NCBI GenBank assembly: GCA_019057375.1
Contig: DXJF01000097.1
Span: forward strand, 48,101-72,100
Direction: 5' to 3'
From: Candidatus Heimdallarchaeota archaeon
GTDB taxonomy: Archaea > Asgardarchaeota > Heimdallarchaeia > Heimdallarchaeales > Heimdallarchaeaceae
DNA length: 24,000 nt
This document shows positions 6,073-13,034 of this stretch, piece by piece (position 1 is the first letter of the stretch; every line of letters starts with the position of its first letter). A model generated the notes under the pieces. That model made no database searches. It saw only the letters and a list, made by a program, of their open reading frames with translations, and was not told the DNA's origin. The translations under genes and the position numbers were made by a program.

Positions 6073-6201
6073 TGGTGCGGGGAGGGAGATTCGAACTCCC
6101 GAACTACTAAAGAACGGATGGCTCATCTGACTTCTAACCCTTATCTTAGGCATAAACCAAGATCTTAAGTCCGCCGCCGTTGGCCACTTGGCTATCCCCG
6201 C
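6073..6201 (-). tRNA. tRNA-Leu(UAA), class II, with a 44-nt intron at the canonical 37/38 position and encoded CCA
   Basis: Hand-folded. Acceptor GCGGGGA/TCCCCGC; D-stem GCC/GGC with an 11-nt loop; anticodon stem GCGGA/TCCGT; loop CT-TAA-G[intron 6120-6163]A; 13-nt variable region; T-arm GGGAG-TTCGAAT-CTCCC; discriminator A; CCA at 6075-6073. Confidence 0.85.
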
Positions 6202-6285
6202 CAACAAAGTCTCAATGTTTGACTATTATAATGAATTTCATTCTTCTTTTAAGATTTTTCATCTTGATTTGAAATTGATTGAAGA

Positions 6286-7599
6286 TCATGGATGGAGTCT
6301 TGTTGGATCTCTTGGTAGTAATCTCGCTTCTCTAATATTAGGTAAATCAAGGATCTTTTGCACAAATCTTTCAATTCCTGTACCACTTCCTCCATGTGGA
6401 GGTGCTCCATTTCTAAAGAACTGCAGATAACTGTCAACCTCTTCAAGCTTGAAATCCTTTTCAACAGCTTGCTTGGCTAAAATATCTACTCTGTGTTCTC
6501 TTTGTCCTCCAGTGGTTAATTCTTGTCCTTTGAATAAGAGATCAAAAGATTTTGTCAATCTTGGATCTTCATCATCCTTCATAGTATAGAATGGTCTAAT
6601 TTTCCAAGGATATTGGTCTACGAATACAAAGTCTGAATTCCATTTCTCTTTTGCATACCTACCAATTATTCCCTCTGCTTCAGCGTCTAAATCTTCATAG
6701 AGGTCTAGTTCTTTTCCTTCACTTGCTAAAACTTCATTACATTCAGGAATTGTAATTATTGGCCATTCTTTGGGTTGATCATCAATTTGAACTCCCAATA
6801 CTTCAAGAGAATTAGCTCTAGATGTTTTTATTGTTTTGAGAGCAAAACCAATTGCGCCTTGTATTACTTTCATGACATCTTTTTGATCATTAATGTATGA
6901 AATCTCAAAATCTATAGAAGTATATTCGCATAAATGACGATTAGTGTGGTGTTTCTCAGCTCTAAAAACAGGCCCTATTTCAAAAACTCTTTCAAATCCT
7001 GCCATTAACATCATTTGTTTATAGAATTGAGGGGATTGTGCTAAGTATGCTTTTTTATCAAAATAATTTATTTCAAAAACACTAGCGCCACTTTCTGTTG
7101 CTGAACCAACAATTTTAGCTGAAAAGAACTGTAAGAAGTCGTTATCTCTAAAATATTGTTGAATTGCATAAGCAGCAGTACTCTCAATTTCGAAAATGTG
7201 AGCAATCTTTTTATCTCTTAAATCTAGAAACCTATAATCGTATCTCTTATCAGGATTTGTTTCAATCTTATCACCAACTGAAATTGGATATTCTTGAGCT
7301 CTTTTATTGATAATTTCAATCTCAGACGGAAGGATTTCCTTTCCATTTGGGGCACTTTCATTGGTTACGACATTTCCAGTAACTGCAATTATATCTCCTT
7401 CTTGAAAATCTAAAGCAAATATCTCTTCAGATACTTTCTTTTTGGGTAAAACTATTTGTACAATCCCTGTTCTATCTTGTAATTGAATGAATCGTAATCC
7501 TCCAAGATTGCGAACTTGTTGAACCCATCCTGCAATCGATATCTTTTCACCTGTTGTAGAAAAAACCTTCTCAATAGGATTTCTTTGACTAAAGTCCAT
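6286..7599 (-). CDS. aspS: Aspartyl-tRNA synthetase, archaeal/eukaryal type
   Basis: 437 aa. It has an N-terminal OB-fold-like region, class II motif 2 FRAEKHHTNRHLCEYTSIDFE, and motif 3 GGSGTGIERF. Confidence 0.9.
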   Translation of the reverse strand: MDFSQRNPIEKVFSTTGEKISIAGWVQQVRNLGGLRFIQLQDRTGIVQIVLPKKKVSEEIFALDFQEGDIIAVTGNVVTNESAPNGKEILPSEIEIINKRAQEYPISVGDKIETNPDKRYDYRFLDLRDKKIAHIFEIESTAAYAIQQYFRDNDFLQFFSAKIVGSATESGASVFEINYFDKKAYLAQSPQFYKQMMLMAGFERVFEIGPVFRAEKHHTNRHLCEYTSIDFEISYINDQKDVMKVIQGAIGFALKTIKTSRANSLEVLGVQIDDQPKEWPIITIPECNEVLASEGKELDLYEDLDAEAEGIIGRYAKEKWNSDFVFVDQYPWKIRPFYTMKDDEDPRLTKSFDLLFKGQELTTGGQREHRVDILAKQAVEKDFKLEEVDSYLQFFRNGAPPHGGSGTGIERFVQKILDLPNIREARLLPRDPTRLHP

Positions 7600-7744
7600 G
7601 TTACAGTCCTCAGTTTATTTGTTTGCACCTTTGAAAGTTTATTAAAAAAGATTCTCTTCTTTGTTGTATAAAAATGTGAAAAAAATGACTTTCTGAGAAA
7701 AAACGTTATTTAGCTATTATCCTAATAACTTTGTAGCGATACTA

Positions 7745-8434
7745 ATGAAGAAGATTGTACTAAAGTTTGGTGGTTCTGTTTTATACAAAGAAGAAATGGT
7801 TCTAAATGTTGAGAGAATAAAGGAAATTGTTGAAACCATTAACACCCTCCATGATGCAGGGCATAAAGTTGCTGTGGTTGTTGGAGGAGGAAAATTAGCG
7901 AGAGTTATCATTCAAGCAAGCGATGTCCTTGGACATGTATCTACTTTCAAAGACATTCTTGCAGTGGAATCAACTCGAATTCATGCTTTGCTAGTAATTG
8001 CTTCACTCCAAAATAAAGCATATTTGCTTGTTCCTCGTTCATTCGAAGAAATTGGTAAAGCACTCTCGACTGGAAAGATTGTTGTTACTGGAGGTCTTCA
8101 ACCAGGGCAATCTACAAATGCTGTTGCAGCTCTTGTAGCAGAATACTGGGGCGCTGATTTACTGATAAATTTGACAAATGTAGATAAGGTCTATGATAAA
8201 GATCCCAACCTGTTTGAAGATGCTAAACCTTTAGATGAACTTTCAGCGGATGAACTGTTGGAGATTATATCAAAACAAGATGAAGAACCAGGTAAATATG
8301 CCCTCTTTGACAGAGTAGGATGTGAAATAGTGAAAAGATCCAATTTAAGACTAATATTTACAAATGGTTCTGATCCTAAGAACATTTTGAGAATTGTTGA
8401 TGGAGAAAATATTGGAACTGTAGTTAATGGATAA
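7745..8434 (+). CDS. pyrH: Uridylate (UMP) kinase, archaeal type
   Basis: 229 aa. Amino-acid-kinase fold signatures LKFGGS and VAVVVGGGKLAR, followed by VVTGGLQPGQSTNAVAAL. Confidence 0.85.
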   Translation: MKKIVLKFGGSVLYKEEMVLNVERIKEIVETINTLHDAGHKVAVVVGGGKLARVIIQASDVLGHVSTFKDILAVESTRIHALLVIASLQNKAYLLVPRSFEEIGKALSTGKIVVTGGLQPGQSTNAVAALVAEYWGADLLINLTNVDKVYDKDPNLFEDAKPLDELSADELLEIISKQDEEPGKYALFDRVGCEIVKRSNLRLIFTNGSDPKNILRIVDGENIGTVVNG

Positions 8435-8449
8435 GTCTTTCTTTTTTTT

Positions 8450-9721
8450 CTAATAACTATCATATGTTTTGTATCGGAGAATTGCTGCTATCCCACCAAA
8501 TGCATTGTATAACATAGCCCCATCCTCATGATCGGATGAAATGACCTCTAGTGTGGCACCAGTATTCTCGGCTTTTTCATTCAATTCAGTTATTAAATCA
8601 CTTTCACTTTCAATATACAATTTGGAATTTCCGCAATCAGGACATTTTTTATCAGATAATTTTTTTACGAAATCATTGTAATCTTTGCTTTTTACCGACT
8701 CAATGGTTGAGTAATCACACCCATCACATCTAATTTCCATATTAATTCTATCTACATCCTCACTTACTAAAACAATATCAACAGCTGCTTTTTCTAATGC
8801 TTCCAAAACTTCCTTTTCTCCATAAGTAACTAGTCCTGTGTCTTTTCCCAAATGTTCCATGAATTTTTGTGTGAGTTGGCGCTCCTTAACTAACTCAAAA
8901 TCAGACAATTTATCTGCAGCTTTATCTAGAAGTTCTCGAATCCCTACTGAGCCCAAATATCCAATATCATAGATTCCTATGACTTTTTCAAGCAATCGAT
9001 AATCAATTTCCTTACTTTCCAAAAATTCTGCTTTTGATAAAGCTGGACCACCAACAACTATTGCTTCAACAGGATAATCTTCAAGATAAACAGTATTCAT
9101 GATATCTGCAATTTTGCCATACCATCTTTGAGCCGCTTCTTCAGTTAATCTTTGAAAACGAGCTTGAGACTGACCACCCATTTTATGTTTACCAGGAACA
9201 TTAGATTCTTCTTCACGAATTATATCTAATCGGGAGCCTTGAACAGTTGCTAGTGTTGCTCCTCCTCGAGCAATTAATGCTAACCCATACCTTTGTTTGC
9301 TTTCTAACATCTCTTTAAGATGATCAATATGAAATACATAATCACAGAGATAGAGCTTAATTCCTACGGGATCTGGAGGGCTAATTAGGAAAAACTCCAC
9401 CTTATTGTTTTGAGTAATTCCACAGAAGATAACAAGACCATTTACTCCAGAATCAGGAATAGTTTTTATCCTAGACATGATAGAGGAAAGCGCAGATTGG
9501 ACAGCTTTTCCAGTGCTTTTGTCTTTAATATTTGTTGCAGTTCCGTATTCATCACGCAACTGGGCATTAACATCAGATAACCTAGTACCGGGAGGAATAT
9601 ATAGGGTAACTAAACTTGTAGACATGTTAAAACTTTTTTTGGACTCTAATTTGTCTATTTCATGTTTTAACATATAACGTTCTACTGATGTTCTTTTCTT
9701 TTCTTCCTGTTTCTTTGTCAT
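8450..9721 (-). CDS. prf1: Peptide chain release factor aRF1
   Basis: 423 aa. GGQSQARF (GGQ), TATNIKD (NIKS-like), YLCDYVF (YxCxxxF), and a CDGC...CPDC zinc-ribbon-like insert in the C-terminal domain. Confidence 0.9.
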   Translation of the reverse strand: MTKKQEEKKRTSVERYMLKHEIDKLESKKSFNMSTSLVTLYIPPGTRLSDVNAQLRDEYGTATNIKDKSTGKAVQSALSSIMSRIKTIPDSGVNGLVIFCGITQNNKVEFFLISPPDPVGIKLYLCDYVFHIDHLKEMLESKQRYGLALIARGGATLATVQGSRLDIIREEESNVPGKHKMGGQSQARFQRLTEEAAQRWYGKIADIMNTVYLEDYPVEAIVVGGPALSKAEFLESKEIDYRLLEKVIGIYDIGYLGSVGIRELLDKAADKLSDFELVKERQLTQKFMEHLGKDTGLVTYGEKEVLEALEKAAVDIVLVSEDVDRINMEIRCDGCDYSTIESVKSKDYNDFVKKLSDKKCPDCGNSKLYIESESDLITELNEKAENTGATLEVISSDHEDGAMLYNAFGGIAAILRYKTYDSY

Positions 9722-9887
9722 GGTATCTCCTCGGAGTAAGGTAAACTAAAGAACTATGCTTCAGTATAGCACTTTAGACAAAATTTCAAGATTTGTTATT
9801 ATCTTTTTGGTTATGAGTCTTTAGAAATGATGAGAAATAATAGGGAAATATTTTTAGAAAGAACAAATAGTTAACATTCTGATAATA

Positions 9888-10142
9888 ATGGTAGAGAAAC
9901 AACAGATAGAAATTGATTTATTAGATATTTTTGTTTCGCTAAATAGGGGTTTGAATCTCTCAGATGTAATGTTTCAGCTAAATAATCTTTATGCTCCTAA
10001 AGGAGAAAGTGTGGAGCAAGAAGTGCTCATGGAAGTTTTAAATTCATTAACAGAAAAAGATTATTTGAAGAATTTTCAGGTGGGAGCATTAGATAGTTGG
10101 AAAATCACTGATGAAGGAGAAGATTATTTCTATAATCTCTAA
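9888..10142 (+). CDS. Small hypothetical protein (possibly winged-helix-like)
   Basis: 84-aa ORF, 26 nt upstream of the next same-strand gene. No recognisable motif. Confidence 0.4.
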   Translation: MVEKQQIEIDLLDIFVSLNRGLNLSDVMFQLNNLYAPKGESVEQEVLMEVLNSLTEKDYLKNFQVGALDSWKITDEGEDYFYNL

Positions 10143-10168
10143 TTGTAAATAAGTAAGAGAAGAGTAGA

Positions 10169-10927
10169 ATGGAATTAAGGGAAAGTACAGGATTACCTAT
10201 TATTAGTGAAGAGACTGTACTAAAATATAGTGAAAGTGAAATTAGTGTAAAAGATGTAATAATTCACAGAACCAAGGACATTTCCAACTTCTTGTTGAAA
10301 AAAGAATGGGAAGGAAAAGATGAGGAAGAAGAAGTGTTTAGAATCTATAAAGGAATAAGGAAAGTAGTAGATAAACACCTTTGGGATGTAATGAGATTTG
10401 ATTTCTTAATTATCCAAGCTGGAAAATTAGGAGAAGAATGTTACAAGACTTCTGGTTACTATAGATCCTTTGCAGGTACAGGATACCGTTTTTCCGAGAT
10501 CTATCAAGTTGTTGAAGGATATTCGGAATTCTTAATCCAACAATTCGGGGAGACCCATGAGAAAATTAAAGATGCTGTAATGATAAGGGCACAAAAATTT
10601 GATACTGTTATTGTACCTCCTTCTTACGGAGTTTCGATAATTAATCCAAGTGACCAAAAAGTTGTTCTTGCAAGAATCCGTGCAGACGATGCTAAGGAAA
10701 TTAAGGATGACTATGAAAGAACAAAAGGGGAATGTTATATTAGGGGAGAAGAAGGGAGATGGATGTATAATGAGAACTATCATGAAATACCCAATCTGAG
10801 ATTAGAACCACCTCAAAATAAATGGAGATCTTTGAAAAGAGGTATTCCGATTTATAGTATATATGTATACAAACCAAGAATATTTGCACCTTTATTAGAA
10901 CCAGACCCAGCTGACTATGTTATTTGA
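10169..10927 (+). CDS. Cupin-type phosphoglucose isomerase-like protein with the metal ligands apparently not conserved
   Basis: 252 aa. AGKLGEECYKTSGYYRS...SEIYQVVEGYSEFLIQ...DTVIVPPSYGVSIIN parallels, from my memory of Pyrococcus cupin PGI, PGKVGKEFFFTKGHFHA...AEVYVALKGKGGMLLQ...GTVVYVPPYWAHRTVN. Confidence 0.4.
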   Translation: MELRESTGLPIISEETVLKYSESEISVKDVIIHRTKDISNFLLKKEWEGKDEEEEVFRIYKGIRKVVDKHLWDVMRFDFLIIQAGKLGEECYKTSGYYRSFAGTGYRFSEIYQVVEGYSEFLIQQFGETHEKIKDAVMIRAQKFDTVIVPPSYGVSIINPSDQKVVLARIRADDAKEIKDDYERTKGECYIRGEEGRWMYNENYHEIPNLRLEPPQNKWRSLKRGIPIYSIYVYKPRIFAPLLEPDPADYVI

Positions 10928-10936
10928 TTTTCTCAT

Positions 10937-11419
10937 TTAATCATCTTTTCCATAGATTTCTTCGTCAGTCCAACCTGTTGAACGTTTTAGTAACCATTGT
11001 ATTTGTCCTAAGTGTCTATGTTCATGATTAATTAGTCTAATTAAATAAATTCGTCGTTGCATTTTACCTTTCCACATGTCAATATATTCTTCTTCTTGCT
11101 CAGATGTTAAAGAGGATAGGTTTTTACTTAGTAATGGTGATATTTTGTCAAATTCCTCGATTAAATTATCTAAAGATACTTGATCATGTATTTCTTCTTC
11201 AAGATCAATTGCAAGTTGAGATGGTTTTTGTGATTCAGTGGGGAGTTTGTCTAACATCCATTGAATGTTCATTAAGAGATGCCTGAAAATTAGTTCCGGA
11301 CTCCAAGTTTTTTCAGTTTGTTTATAATGAAAGTGCTTTTTGAGAACTTTAGAAAAAAAACCAAGAAGTTTTTTCCTATCCTCTTCAACAATGCTATAGA
11401 GTTGTTGTATTGAAACCAT
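10937..11419 (-). CDS. DinB/YfiT-like four-helix-bundle metalloprotein
   Basis: ORF track 10937..11428 begins at a TTG; the first ATG is 11419. LINHEHRHLGQIQWLL is the C-terminal DinB-family His motif. It also has the N-terminal FRHLLMN. Confidence 0.6.
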   Translation of the reverse strand: MVSIQQLYSIVEEDRKKLLGFFSKVLKKHFHYKQTEKTWSPELIFRHLLMNIQWMLDKLPTESQKPSQLAIDLEEEIHDQVSLDNLIEEFDKISPLLSKNLSSLTSEQEEEYIDMWKGKMQRRIYLIRLINHEHRHLGQIQWLLKRSTGWTDEEIYGKDD

Positions 11420-11557
11420 AACTATCAACTAGATTTAGTATTCATACACTCTTATAATTTTTCTACAAATGAGAGCAAAAGAAGTAAGGAAAGAACAAAA
11501 TAACTAAAAAGAGAAGTGTAAAAAGATAATAGTAGAATGCGACTAGATAACAAGAAG

Positions 11558-11667
11558 TGGTGGGGCATAGCAGATTTGAACTGCCGACCCCCCGGTTTTT
11601 GAGTTAAATGCTTAACAAACAAATAACATATCAGCCGAGTGCTCTAACCAAGCTGAGCTAATGCCCC
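11558..11667 (-). tRNA. tRNA-Ile(GAU) with a 32-nt intron at 37/38 and encoded CCA
   Basis: Hand-folded. Acceptor GGGGCAT/ATGCCCC; D-arm GCTC-AGCTTGGTTA-GAGC; anticodon stem CTCGG/CCGGG (one G.U); loop CT-GAT-A[intron 11597-11628]A; variable GGGTC; T-arm GGCAG-TTCAAAT-CTGCT; discriminator A; CCA at 11560-11558. Confidence 0.85.
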
Positions 11668-11853
11668 GTTCTTACTGCATTCTTCCTAATTTATTACTTT
11701 TAAAAATGTTTTCTTATAATTCTAAAAAAGAAAAGAAAATGCATAGTAATAAATTAAAGCACCCATACTTTCACGTTACAAGCTAAAGAAAGAAGGAACA
11801 TGGTTAGTCTATTGTAAGACATTTTTTTATGCTAATCTCTCCTAAGAAGAGTT

Positions 11854-12075
11854 CTACTCACTGTCATTCTTTGAGGTGTAAAATGGAGATTTTTTTTCGT
11901 TTTTCAACATTCGAATCAATCTATCCATCCCTTCAATTTCTTCTACACTTACTCTTGGTTTTTCCTGTAATAAATCCTGAAATCTTAAAATCTTATTTCT
12001 ACTGTCCACACTAATCTCTATCTTAGGGTTTGATTCTGTTAATTTTTCAGATTCCTCTATCATTTGCATAACCAT
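11854..12075 (-). CDS. Small hypothetical protein, paralog A (possible mini-HTH)
   Basis: 73 aa. ILRFQDLLQEKPRVSVEEIEGMDRLIRMLKN aligns with ILKIEDLLTEKPRASVREIDDTYKLIKMLKN of 12272..12481. Confidence 0.55.
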   Translation of the reverse strand: MVMQMIEESEKLTESNPKIEISVDSRNKILRFQDLLQEKPRVSVEEIEGMDRLIRMLKNEKKSPFYTSKNDSE

Positions 12076-12191
12076 TTGTTACTTTAGTTCCCAACCCTAT
12101 TTTGCATAATGATAGGATGTATTACTTACGTATTTGCCAGATGAATATAAAGGACAATTAAAATTCTATACTGTACTTCTTTTGTAACTTT

Positions 12192-12258
12192 ATGAGACCA
12201 TCAAATGAATTTGATGATTCCATTGAAGCTGGTGCTGATTTTTTTCTTTTTTTGGGCA
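12192..12258 (+). pseudogene. 5' remnant of a duplicated UPF0148-like gene
   Basis: ATG at 12192 gives MRPSNEFDDSIEAGADFFLFLG, versus MSPSKESDASVAAGADLLLKGW of the intact gene at 12615. The upstream DNA is also homologous (12110-12190 vs 12533-12614). Homology ends before the zinc-ribbon cysteines, and the frame runs antisense into 12272..12481. Confidence 0.6.
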
Positions 12259-12271
12259 GAACACTAAGTAA

Positions 12272-12481
12272 TTATTTTCCAGTACTTTTTGGAGGCTTAT
12301 ACGAGAATTTTGCAGCGTTTTTTAGCATCTTTATCAGTTTGTAGGTATCGTCTATCTCTCTTACACTAGCTCGAGGTTTTTCTGTAAGCAAATCTTCTAT
12401 TTTGAGAATAACTCTCCCTTTATCTGGTTTTGCAGACAACTTAGGAATAGATTCAAGTGTTCGTTCTATTTTTTTAACCAT
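12272..12481 (-). CDS. Small hypothetical protein, paralog B
   Basis: 69 aa. Paralogous to 11854..12075 and divergently oriented to the UPF0148-like gene. Confidence 0.55.
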   Translation of the reverse strand: MVKKIERTLESIPKLSAKPDKGRVILKIEDLLTEKPRASVREIDDTYKLIKMLKNAAKFSYKPPKSTGK

Positions 12482-12614
12482 TCAGAATCACAGTACTTAT
12501 TTCTTAGTCTTAAGAGCTTAACTATTTTCTTTTGATAGAATGTATTACTTGGATATTCATTATTTGCTTGTGAAAGACAATTAACGTTTTATAGTAACTT
12601 TTCACTGTTTTCAT

Positions 12615-13034
12615 ATGTCTCCATCAAAAGAATCAGATGCTTCTGTCGCTGCAGGAGCTGACTTACTTCTAAAGGGTTGGAAGATGATCAATAAGGCATG
12701 CCCTGTTTGTGTAGAACCTCTTTATGAAAAAGATGGAAAAGTTGTTTGTGTAAAATGTAAAAAAGAATATGTTCTGGTGGATTCAAAATCTGAAATGCCC
12801 CCAACTAAAACATCAGAAGCTCAACAACCAGCAGCAAGTTCTTCACCAAACAATTTCAGTTCATATGATTTCAGCTCTTTACCTCCTGCTTTAGCAGATA
12901 CCGCAAAGATAATGCTGGAAAAAATAACCGATCTGAATGCCAAATTAAAAGAAACATCAGATCCCAAAGAGATATCATCAATTTCTTCTTCAATTCGTTC
13001 TCTTATTGATTCTCTCCGTTCTCTGAATTCTTAG
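12615..13034 (+). CDS. UPF0148 / autoantigen-p27-like zinc-ribbon protein
   Basis: 139 aa. GADLLLKGWKMINKACPVCVEPLYEKDGKVVCVKC matches the archaeal UPF0148 (Auto_anti-p27) pattern LL.G..ML...C..CG.PLF...G...CP.C, followed by a low-complexity S/P tail. Confidence 0.65.
   Translation: MSPSKESDASVAAGADLLLKGWKMINKACPVCVEPLYEKDGKVVCVKCKKEYVLVDSKSEMPPTKTSEAQQPAASSSPNNFSSYDFSSLPPALADTAKIMLEKITDLNAKLKETSDPKEISSISSSIRSLIDSLRSLNS

Noticed and set aside
6188-6464. ORFs 6188..6430 (+) and 6249..6464 (-), next to or overlapping the tRNA-Leu 5' end and the aspS 3' end.
   Set aside because: One starts inside the tRNA gene and runs antisense to aspS. The other is an alternative frame of aspS. Both are explained by the real features.
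8450-9721. Genetic-code reassignment suggested by the aRF1 NIKD motif.
   Set aside because: TGA, TAA and TAG are all used as terminators of conserved genes in this window at their expected lengths.
13003-13034. 32-nt convergent overlap of the UPF0148-like gene and hef 3' ends.
   Set aside because: This is probably just compact genome organisation. The overlapped part is the low-complexity tail of one gene and the terminal residues of the other, and there is no structural signal.
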